From Octopus sinensis (taxonomy: Eukaryota), in contig NC_043005.1 of NCBI RefSeq assembly GCF_006345805.1, forward strand, positions 14,694,001-14,758,000: a stretch of 64,000 nucleotides of DNA. Direction: 5' to 3'. The notes beneath the pieces were generated by a model. It ran no database searches, was not told where the DNA came from, and saw only the letters and a program-made list of their open reading frames with translations. Shown one piece after another: positions 39,061-50,900 of this stretch (the stretch's first letter is position 1; every line of letters begins with the position of its first letter). The translations under genes were made by a program, and so were the position numbers.

Positions 39061-39635
39061 GAAAAAAATATGCGTTAAAATGGAAAAAAATTATGGTAAA
39101 TTATTTTTAAAATCGTAGACTCATCGTAGACGCGCGCTAATACCCAGACGGGCTCGATATGAATCACGACTATAAGATACCCGAATTTGGTTAAACTGCA
39201 CCGCAAAATGTGGGAGTAGTTAGGAATCTAAATCGTATATATATAGAAGAAGAGAGGTTGTGTGCTGTCTGTCTCCTACGATTTAGATTTCTAACTACTC
39301 CAACATTTTGCGATGCAGTTTAACCAAAACCGGGTATCTTATAGTCGTGATTCATATCGAGCCCTTCTGGGTATTAGCGCGCGTCTATGATGAGTCTACG
39401 ATTAAAAAAAAAATTTACCATCATTTTTTTCATTTTAATGCATTTTTCGCTTTTATATAAGGGAAGTAACTCTCTAAAAATGTCTACGATGAGTCAACGA
39501 TTTTTTAAAAAATTCACCATAATTTTTTTTCCATTTTTAATGCATTTTTTTGCTACTTTTTGGCTATAACTCTCTAAAAATGCATATATAGTTATTTCCC
39601 TTACAAACCCGAGCAACGCCGGGCGATACTGCTAG
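39061..39635. mobile_element. Head-to-head Helitrons: partial (-) ~39061-39236 and full (+) ~39237-39635
   Basis: Shared 5' 130-bp block in inverted orientation; CTAG|t at 39632-39635. Confidence 0.8.
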
Positions 39636-39864
39636 TTTATATATAAAGAAGAAGATATATGCATGCACATACGCATGTACGTACGTGTGTATGTGTGTAT
39701 ATGTGTTTAAACGTTGTATGTGAAAATAGACATATGTATATAAGATTATACCTATATGCGTGTGTATACGCGTTTATATGATTGCGTGTGCTTGTACACG
39801 TGTATAGGTAAGTTTATATTTGCATGTGTGTATGTAAGACATTGTACCTTCGACAGTGTAACAG

Positions 39865-39907
<43 letters not shown>

Positions 39908-40244
39908 ACTTGAACATACACACATATCAGTACATAAACATACGTACATTCACACACATACACACATACATACACACACGCGCGCATGCACAAATATCAT
40001 GAATTAACTTTTGCTTTCTCAGATGCAGCACGAAGTTTTGTCAGGAAACAGATCGTGGTTTCAAACAGACGAAAATATTTTCACACAAATTAAGTTTAAA
40101 CGTTAAAAGTGAATCTAACGGTTTTTGTGTGTTCTTAAATAATGGCTTACAGACATCTTCCAAGCCGCAATTGCTTCTGTTCCAGCACACAGATCGATCT
40201 CAGGTCAAGTCACTTGCTAACCAAGTACATCTCCATAATAACTA

Positions 40245-40677
40245 TATATGGCGATCTTTCGTCTCTAGTAGACCTTTCCGTCGATTTCCGTAAAAAATTT
40301 TTTTTTTTTTTACATATGGGCTTGCGGGAACTTTTGAAGTAATATACATACATATACACATACACCAGTAAAAAATTTCAGTTATCTCTTTCTTTCACAC
40401 ATTACTCTGTCTCTTCACACACACTAACAGAAGCACTTCACTTACACAACATACTGTCTGTCTCCCACACCCCATCAAACACACACACACACATGTACAT
40501 CAATGCTTCACATGCACGGTAACTTCAAAAGAACTTCCCTCGTCATACAATCGCTTTCTCTTAGTCTCTTTCGCTCTCATTACTTCAAAAGTTCCCGCAA
40601 GCCCATATGTAAAAAAAAAAAAAATTTTTACGGAAATCGACGGAAAGGTCTACTAGAGACGAAAGTTTGCCATATAT
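40245..40677. mobile_element. MITE-like element with ~100-bp terminal inverted repeats in a TA context
   Basis: ctttcgtctctagtagacctttccgtcgatttccgtaaaa...gaagtaat mirrored at ~40575-40675. Confidence 0.7.
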
Positions 40678-41879
40678 ATATATATACACACAAAATTTCG
40701 AGGACTGACCACTAAAGTAGGCAGTCTATATGTTAAACAAAAACGTCAAATCATTTGTCTTGTTATTTTTACATTTTGGTTTTTTTGCTGAGACTTTTCT
40801 TGAGAACACATTCTTCGTGGTAATGGCGATTTGACGTCTATGTTTAGCATATAGGCTGTCCACTTTAGTGGTCAGTCCTCTAAATTTTGTATGTAACACA
40901 GTTTTTAAACTTCGGATTTTTTTAAATATGCTAAGCCACTGGTTTTAATTGATTAATTTTAATATATGAATTATATATATATAGGCATACCTACAGATAT
41001 GCACCCCACCTATTTTGTTACTTCATAACCTCCAGAAAAACGGATACTTTTTAACAAAATTTTCAACAAATACCGCTTAGGAGCTGGGAATCAGAGTATT
41101 AGGGATTTGTGAGAAAGATTTTTCTGATGGGCCTGGAGAGAGGAGTTTTGGAAAATACATACGAAACGAAATTTTATACAAATACCTTTCAAACAACATA
41201 AAGGAATTTGTGGGGAATTTTTTTCAGCTGGGGTAGGGAGAGGAGTTTCGAAAAAACGGAGTTTTGGATCAGGAAGACCAAATAAATTGAAACTACTCAT
41301 TTTTCATTTCACCACAGCCTTCGAAAAATATTTACATGGTGGGACATCTTTTCACGAAACAAAAACTATTTTTGAAAGTTTGTCGTAAAGAATACGCACA
41401 CCCGGTAAAGTTAGTTTTAGGGTTAGAGTTTTTGTTACGCCGAAAACGGGTGGTGTGCATATTCTTTACCTCCGCCGAAAATTTATTTGTACACCACCCC
41501 CATTCCTCCCCATCACACTCCGATCGATTTTGGCCAATTTCTTTAAACCGAAAAACCAAGGGAGAGAGCATTTGGATCTTTACCTTTTGACCTACAGATT
41601 AAAAAAAAAAATTATTTGTAACTAAACACTTTCAAACTTCGGACACTGATAGAATGTGTCATATAAAACATCTTTTACTCTTAGCGTTTTTGAGAAAAAC
41701 TTATATTTACGAAGTTATTTTACCTTAAAGTTGTCGTATTTCGGTAATTTCAACCAATCAATGACGTGTATTCAGCTGAATGTTGTTTGTCAACAACTAT
41801 CAGCGCTGTATTTTTCGTTTGTCACTGTTATTTACGACATGCTAGGGTCTGCATATAGATGACCTCAAGATTTATGCTA

Positions 41880-42801
41880 AAAATGTTAACAATGCCAAAA
41901 AACAATTGGAATTAATAACAACATTTTCAGCAGACATAAGAATGAAATTTGGTCAGAGGAAATGTTCTTATTTAATTGTTGAACAGGGGAAATCAGTCTC
42001 CCAGACACAAAACCTGTGCATCAATGGTTTCACTATCTCTCCTCTTTCACACAAAGAATACTACAGGTACCTTGGCATTGATGAAAATATATCCTACCAA
42101 GTTACTGTGAATCTGGAAGCACTCCGTCGGTTACGACGACGAGGGTTCCGGTTGATCCGATCAACGGAACATCCTGCTCGTGAAATTAACGTGTAAGTGG
42201 CTGAGCACTCCACAGACACGTGTACCCTTAACGTAGTTCTCGGGGATATTCAGCGTGACACAGAGAGTGACAAGGCTGGCCCTTTGAAATACATGTACAA
42301 CAGAAACAGGAAGTAAGAGTGAGAGAAAGTTGTGGTGAAAGAGTACAGCAGGGATCACCACCATCCCCTGCTGGAGCCTCGTGGAGCTTTTAGGTGTTTT
42401 CGCTCAATAAACACTCACAACGCCTGGTCTGGGAATCGAAACCGCGATCCTACGACCGCGAGTCCGCTGCCCTAACCACTGGGCCATTGCGCCTCTGCTT
42501 ACTGTGAATAAAGATAGAGGGACCCAAGAACACAAGACCAAGGAAAATGTGGCAGTCTCAACTCTCCTCTTACAACAAGTTAATATCCCACAATGCATTT
42601 ACAGTACCAGTGCTGATTCCAATATTTGGAATATTTTACTGGTCTGTAGATGAAATCCATTCCATAGACATTAAAGCCTTCATGATTCTCACATCAACTG
42701 GAAATCTCCACAAAAATAGTGATATCAACAGGTTCTACCTAAGAAGAGATAAAGGAAGTAGGAGCTGGAGGTCAGTGCAGACAGCTTTTGAATGTCGCAC
42801 A

Positions 42802-42842
<41 letters not shown>

Positions 42843-43340
42843 ACAGCACTTGCTAAACAACAAAAACAAATACATTAACTTAGAGCTGAAAAGTGAAGTA
42901 AACAACATCCCATGTGTTGGAATGGAGCTCCTCAGGAAGTACTCTCTTCGTGATTACCTCCCATACAACCCCAAATCAGCTGGATTTCGGATACCTTAAA
43001 GAAGACCTGAAGATGAAACACTCAGCATACCAAAAAAAAGACCATACATGGATATGTTTCTTGTAGACTCGAAGAAGATAGTAATATTGACACGAAGCAA
43101 AGCCTCTTTAGAACTCATGATGTCTATGTCACATCATACTTCAAAGGCTGTACATTTACAGTCCAAGAACAGGAAACTGCCAACTAAATATCTAATTAAC
43201 AAAAGAGACAGTGAAGCCGTTGGAGTTCCAAGATACAACTGTAAATGAAGATTATGCCATATTTCCTTGAAAGACATCACACACGTGATTAACAACGGCC
43301 CAAAAATGTCAGCGAGTTATTACCCCACTATGCAATATGT
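41880..43340 (+). mobile_element. R4/Dong-like LINE relic; its C-terminal part is duplicated at ~31670-31840 (-)
   Basis: DLKIYAK, FSADIRMKFGQRKC, YLGIDE, HNAFTVPVL, LPTKYLINKR, DITHVI..PKMS. Confidence 0.7.
42113..42498 (-). mobile_element. SINE inserted in the R4-like relic, 11-bp TSD (ttactgtgaat)
   Basis: TSD at 42102-42112 and 42499-42509. Same family as the SINE at 32813. Confidence 0.85.
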
Positions 43341-44561
43341 ATGTCTGTTATATGCGTGTATGTGTACTCAAGGCTTCCTTCAGTTTCTCTGCACCAAATC
43401 CTTTAACAAGGCTTTGTTTGGCTACAAGAAAGGCATCCAGTCATACAGAATCTGCCCCAGTAGATTCTCTCTGAGCCATGATGCAAGCAAGTGAAAGTGG
43501 ATGGTGAAGAGAAGTTAATATGCGCACACAGACACACACATACACTCATGCAGTTTCCTTTGTTGACAAGGCATTGGTCATCTCAAGGCTAAAGTAGATG
43601 ACACTTATCCAAGGTGCCACACAGTGGGACTGAACTCAAAACCAAGTGGTTGGGAAACAAACTTCTTTACTGCACAGCCAGGCCTCTGACTATTAATTGA
43701 TGGTGATGCTTATAGCACTCAGGAAGATCATTCAACCAACCTGCCCACATCCTCTCCTCAACCCTTACCACATGCCTTGACTTGTCTCATAATCAGCCAA
43801 CCAGTGAGGAGGGCACTGGTCCCTCTGTGACCGCCATGGGACTTCAGGACTGGCCTCAGTTCCTGGCATGTTGCTGCTGGCTTTGTCCTCTTGTCCATTA
43901 TTGTTGGCTCCATCTACCTGCACACATCCAAAACATGTTGTGGCATGCCATCAACAGACACATTGTTCCTAGAATTTACAGAGGTTATTGTCCCCTTTTC
44001 CTACTATGATGTGCACCATGCATTTGGGGGTTGACTTCTTCCCTGACTTGCACAAAGGCATGCTCTTTCTCTTCTATGAGATGCGGCGATGCAGTACATG
44101 GATGTCTCCCCTCATACTTGAATATTGCCCTGTGTGGCACTGACTCCTCAGCCTGTCTTGTCCTGGGTGACATATTATACCAGGCAGAGTATGCAAAGAG
44201 TAGTTGGGAGCTGTGACAGGTGTATATCAGAGTTGAAAAATGGATGTAACCATGACATGCTGCTGATCTGATGAGCAAGCCTTCTATACCTGCATTAGTT
44301 TGTCAAATGTACAATAGTACTATGTTATTTATAACATGCACAAAAGTGCAGACACGTAAAATATTTTATTATACACTTAAGTAAATCATTTCCTCATGAT
44401 GTTGTTTGTGAAACGATTGTCATCCTATAGATATCAACTGGTGACATAAATATCTCCATCTCATACCTCCTGACTTTCCTGATATTCTATATATGTATAT
44501 GTATGTTTCTATCTATTGTTCAGTTATAAAAAATCTTTGTCATAACTGCCAGACGATGTAT

Positions 44562-44568
44562 TATAAAA
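44562..44568 (+). promoter_or_regulatory. Candidate TATA box (TATAAAA) ~310 bp upstream of the right ATG; mirrored at 28941-28947 (-)
   Basis: The motif is conserved in both arms, but the sequence is AT-rich and the TSS is unknown. Confidence 0.2.
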
Positions 44569-44872
44569 GCTAAGATGCAATAATATTGGCCAAACATTAA
44601 AAAATATATCCCCAGATCTCTGTCAGACTTTCAGTTTTGTTGATGTATTAAAAAAAAAAACCCCAAAAAACCTAAGAATTTGAAGTCCCAAGAATTTTAT
44701 CCTTTTTCTTTACAGTTTGTAAATACAGTTAAACAGAAGAAAATAAAGAAATTAATAATACTCCTGTCTACAAACATTTAGAAATTCTAATCAACACTGT
44801 TTACAAAAGATTTCAAGAATATAAGGAAAGTTACCATTTGTCAAGAATATCCAATTCATTCCATCTACTGCC

Positions 44873-44927
44873 ATGCTGGTTCTTACCTATTGCAGTATTT
44901 TATTCTTTGTTTTACCTCATTTCTTTT
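44873..44927 (+). CDS. Right gene exon 1 (signal peptide)
   Basis: gccATG, MLVLTYCSILFFVLPHFF+T|gtaagt. Confidence 0.8.
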
Positions 44928-47900
44928 GTAAGTTCTCTTATTTATCTATTTCTGCAATCATTATGTATGGCTGTGTATAATGAAGAGGTTTGTTTTCAGG
45001 TCAGTTTCTACTGTATGGTACCCTGGATTAGGGTCTTGTACAACGGTCTCAGGTCACCTAAAGTCTAAAGAGTGGAACTGGATAGTTGGGGATTCTGTGG
45101 TAGCTTGTTGTAGAGTTCATTTCTGTTCCTGTTCTTGGGTGGTTGACTTTATTTATCACTTGGTTTAATCTTTTTGATCCCAAACCACGTAATAACGTCA
45201 CTCCTGGTTGAATCATAGACATTCCCTGTTTTAAAATGATCTGAAGTAAAACCTGCCATCAAAATCTCATGTCATGTTCCAAACATTAGCTTCATAATGA
45301 CAAAGTTATTTCAATGAATTCTTCACAACTTCCAAAATTAATAGACAATGGCAGTGCATTTCAACAGAAATATGGTAGCTCAAAGTTTAACCCTTTAGTG
45401 TTCAGAATACTCTGTTAAATGTAATACTTTTTCACTCAAATTGTTTTGAATTAATCATGCATTATCTTATAGCTTTGAGGTTTCAATGATCTGATTGTTT
45501 ATTTTCAGAATGGCATTGTAGGTTAGGAGTGAGAGGCTAGATATCGCCAGTTTGAATATAAAACATGTAGAATATATTGGGCCGGATTTGGCTCGTTTAA
45601 ACACTAAAGGGTTAATGCTATTGCAGAATTCCTGTACTGCAGTCATTTGAACTTAGTTTTCCCATTTAAAGGGAGCTTGTTTGCACCATTCTTTGTGAGG
45701 TTCTATGATGGCAGAACATTCTTCACCCCACCCTAACATAAAAAAGTGTTTTCTGCCAAAATTACAATTCTTACTCTAAATCATAATTTTCAAAAATTCC
45801 ATTTTAAATTTATTGAACTAAAATCAGTTTAATTTCATAATAACAAACCAATTTCTTGCTATTTATTAAACTTTTGTGAAGGCTCAGGATGTTGGGTTCA
45901 CAAACATAGGTTCATGGGTTCAATTCTTAGACGGAGTGATGCACTGCATCCTTGAACAAGGAGATCCCTTTCATGACACAGCTGAAAATAAGTACCAATC
46001 CAGTGCTGGTACCTTTTTTTCAGCTGAGTATACTGGAGCTTAGTATTGGTGCAGCCCTCCTTCCCTTCAGCTGTTAAATCCTTGATGTTACACTATATTA
46101 AGGGCAGGAGATCTGAGAGGATGTCTATGTCTACCTGTGACTACAGAGCAACCTAAAACAAATAAAAAAAAAACCTGGTACATGTTACCAGGTCATATTC
46201 ATTTGCCAACGACAGCTTTGCTTTATTTCCATATTATAACGAAATTCCATAATCTAATCATAATCTGTGATAATCGAGTCTTGACTTTATTACACATATA
46301 AGGATTTGTGTAGTTAATTATTGAGTCATTTTAACCCATTCAGAAGTGCAACAATATCAAAGGAAGGCTAACTGGGCAAATGTATGAATGTGGCAGATGC
46401 TCAGGAGCAATAACCACTGAAAATGTGCAGAGAACAACTTCTGCCACATTCCAGGGAGAAAAACTAGAAGTAGTTGATAGCTTCCGTTACCTAGGCGACC
46501 AAGTTAGTAGCGGGAGTGGGTGCACTGAAAGTGTAGCTACTAGAATAAGAATAAGTTGGGCAAAGTTCAGGGAGCTCTTACCTCTGCTGCTGACAAAGGG
46601 CCTCTTACTCAGAGTAAAAGGTAGACTGTAAGATGCATGTGTACGAACAGCCATGCTACATGGCAGTGAAACATGGGCCGTGACTGCTGAGGACATGTGT
46701 AAGCTCACAAGGAATGAAGCCAGTATGCTCTGCTGGATGTGTAATGTCAGTGTGCATACTTGACAGAGTGTAAGTACTTTGAGAGAAAAGTTGAACCTAA
46801 GAAGCTTCAGATGTGGTGTGCAAGAGAGACAACTGTGCTGGTGTGGTCATGTGGCAAGTATGGATGAGGGTAGCTGTGAAAAAGTGCCACACCCTAGCAG
46901 TTGAGGAAACCTGTGGAAGAGGTAGACCCAGGAAGACTTGGGATGAGGTGATGAAGCACGACCTTCGAACATTAGGCCTCACCGAGGCAATAACTAGTGA
47001 CCGAGACCTTTGGAAATATGCTGTGCTTGAGAAGACCCGGCAATCCAATTGAGACCATAACCTGTGGCCTATGCCAGGGGTGTAACCAGCCCACTTATGC
47101 ATACCTTTCCTTCATTAGACACTAAACTCTGCTTGCAAAGACCAGTTGAGGCAAGTGAAATCAAATTCAATGACTAGCATCCATGCTAGTGGAGCGCTAA
47201 GAGCACCATCCGAGCGTGATCATTGCCAGAAGCAGCTGACTGGCGTCTGTGGCAGTGGCATGCAAAAAGCACCGTTCGAAGGTGATCGTTACCAGTGTCG
47301 CATTACTGGCACTTGTGCCAGTGACACGTGAAAAAATATTCGAGTGAGGTCATTGCCAGTGCCACTGGACTGGCTCCTGTGCAGGTGGCATGTACAAAAG
47401 ACCGTTTGAGATTTATTCATGAACAAAATATATATATAGAAAAAACATTTTCTTGAAAGTAAATGTTTGAAGAGTTCCAATTGACATGATTATTCAGATT
47501 TTGATGTTTTCCAAAAAAATTCCAATGATATTCACTGTTTGATTTGCATAACTAGGGTGGTGCCCCATCACGGACACAGTGTCTGGTTGAAATCTTTATA
47601 TATAAAAGTGAAGTTGTGTGTCTGTCTCCTACGATTTAGATTCCTAACTACTCCCACATTTTGTGGTGCAGTTTAACCAAAACTGGGTATCTTATAGTCG
47701 TGATTCATATCGAGCCCTTCTGGGTATTAGCGCGCGTCTACGATGAGGCTACGATTTAAAAAAAATTTACCATAATTTTTTTCCATTTTAATGCATTTTT
47801 TCGCTATTATATAAGGGAAGTAACTCTCTAAAAATATCTACGATGAGTCAACGATTTAAAAAAAAAATTTACCATAATTTTTTTTCCATTTTTAATGCAT

Positions 47901-50900
47901 TTTTTTGCTATTTTTTGGCTATAACTCTCTAAAAATGCTTATATAGTTATTTCCCTTACAAACACGAGCAACGCTGGGCGATACTGCTAGTTGGTAATAA
48001 AATACTAGAGAGGAGAAGAATAGAATAACTATTCACAGTATAAATATTTTAAAGATGTTTTTAAAATAATTGATAAACATTTTTCATTTTTTCAAATTAT
48101 TTGTCAGATACCCAGGCCAGAAATGGGATGTGGAAATTTGTTACACCGAGGCACATAAGTTTTCAGTTCACCTTACTTTGAACTCGAAAATTTTTAAAAC
48201 CATAGCATGTCCAAGCAAGCAGAACTGTTACGAAACTGAAATTGACTTGGCCAACGAAACAAAACCAAATTTTATTAAAGTTAATCCATCTAAGGAGTTC
48301 CAGGTAAATTAAAATAAACACACATACACACATGGACACACATACACACATGGACACACATACACACATGCATGCGCACATGCGCACACACACAGATTCT
48401 ATTACTCCTGTGTCATTAAGAATTATGGTATTTTAAAAGAAATAAGCTGAAACAGGTAATTAATGTATTTTATATGCAGTATGTTCCCATTAAATTTCAC
48501 AATATTTTGTGGGGGGTTTTTTTCCCAAGAAGAATTTGGTGTGAATGGTGTAACAGTGAATGGCATAAATAAATTTTATTTACTCTAACTTTAGTCTTTG
48601 CTCTCTCACTCTAATTCTAGGCTTTGATTGGTAACATTAAACTTTCTTTACTTTTTAATTCACTCTATCTTATTTTTATTTCTTAGCGTCACTCTAATTA
48701 TCAGCTCTGATTGGTAATAATAAAACCTTTAACTTTTAAATTTTAAACAATTGTATCAATCTACCAGTATCCCCTATCCTTTATCTTTAAATTACCTTTG
48801 TATCTTTTTGTTGTACTAATACCTGTCCCTTCAATACATACATATGTTTTATGTACTTTAGCCAAAGGAATTTATAAATTATCGTTCTTAATTAATGGTC
48901 GTATCTGTATATATATTCAGATTTGGAAAGGCCTGGGCAGCCCATGATGATGTAGTCAACCGTCTTATTGTTGCTGGTTGCACATTCTGCATTTGGTGTT
49001 AGGGCCTGTTTTCATTATTTTGCTTTTATAATTGTTTGTAGTCAGGCATTGGTCTTGTGCAGCGAGAATCTGTCCTTCAGTTTCGGCTTTTAGTCCAGAG
49101 CCTTTGAGCCATTGTTGGTTTTTACTTAGGCTCACTTCTTCTCTGTCAAGCCTTGCAGGGTATTGGCCATGAAGTGATTTTTATCTCTATTTCTTTTTCA
49201 GTATCTTTTGTAATTCTGTTTTCATATTGTTTTCTGTCTCCTAATTTTCTCTTTCATTTCTATGTGTTGTATTTTAGCTGTTTCATCTATTCCTAGATAT
49301 TTGTACAGGCAACGATTGTGGTCTAATTCTCTAATTCCTTCTATGGCACTCCTTTTGTTCTTCTGGTAAAACATTGTTGTTTTCCAGGTGTTTTATAAGC
49401 CAGCTATAGATGACTGATGTTAGGGTTTGGCAGGATGTTGATAGGAATGTTATTAGCCTGTAATTTTGTGAGTGTACGGTGTCTTTGTTTTGGGGAATTA
49501 GGGTGGTTTGTCCTTCCAGCATCCAATTTGGTGTTGATTCTGGATCACTTACCAATAAATTGAATGCTGATGCTAAGTGGTTATGGGTACTGGTGAGGTA
49601 TTATTATGTGTGTGTGTATGTGAGAGAGAGAGGGAGAGAGAAGGGTGGAAATACCATGCTTTTCAAAATTAAAATTTTGTTTTTCACACATCCACTTGTG
49701 GTCTTTGACTTTTCTTTCATTGTGAAAAGTACATTGAAGGAGGGAAGAGAGGCATAAAATTTTTTCTTTTATTCCATGTTACATATGTTTCAAATGTAGA
49801 ATAAGATAAAACGACAAAGTATAAAATGTGTGTGTGAAAGAGAGAGAGGTTGGGGTGGAAATACCAACATTTAAAAGACGTGGATTTAAAAAATTCTTCT
49901 TTTAAAACAGCTTCCTTTCATTGTTTTGCAATGCATGAAAAAAAAAACGGTGAAATTCAAACAGCTATTACCGCAAGTCTGTTTTTCCAGTTTCCAGTGA
50001 GAGTAGGTGGGCACAATGAGTAATATTTACTACATTTTTGACTTTGAAGAAAATGTATTTATTACAAATGTTCACTACCTTGCCAAAACTATATAAGTGT
50101 ATGAAAGACCTTCTCTAAAGCCAGTAAAATCTATAACATATTCAGAACACTATTTCAGAAAATTATCTCTGTTTTCTTTGAGTATATAAAAGACAAATTT
50201 AGGCGGGGCAAAATGGGTAAGACCAGACAAGATGAATATGCTCTTCCTGTTCCCTAGAAATAAATTTGAAAAGAGTTATTACACATAAACATCCATCCTT
50301 AGACATCATCAGAAAGGTCAGTAGTGCAACAAAAATTTTAACTATTTTGGTCAAATGAAAGAGGATTATGGAAAAATAGCACATAATATGAAATTAATGA
50401 AACTCAGCATAATATATTTTTCATAGCTTCTTGTGGCCTCATTGTTGTCTTGTACCTTGTTTGGCCATAGCTTCTTCACCCAAAATTATCCAAATATTTT
50501 GTTACCTCAGTTATGATCAGATCATATTTGAGGAAAAATTTCTTGAAAATAGTACCTGTCACCTATGTTTCAAACACTCAACTTCAACAACAATTATGTA
50601 AAAGGTACTGACCAATTTTTACTCCCAAAGATGATACAAAACGAGAGAAAATAACAAGAAATAAGAAATTATTCATTTTGACCCAGTTACCAGTTTTGCC
50701 CCACTTCCACACAGTAATTTCAAGTGTTTGACAGAATGATGAAAAATATATGAAAAAATAAGAAAGAAAAAAGGTTTGATTTAATGAAACATTTGAATAT
50801 ATATGCAACAATTCTAAAGCTGAAAAAGAATGCTTTTAGTTGTTAAGAGATGTAATTTTATAATTAAAACTAAATTCAAAAGTTTTCTTTACTTATTTAT

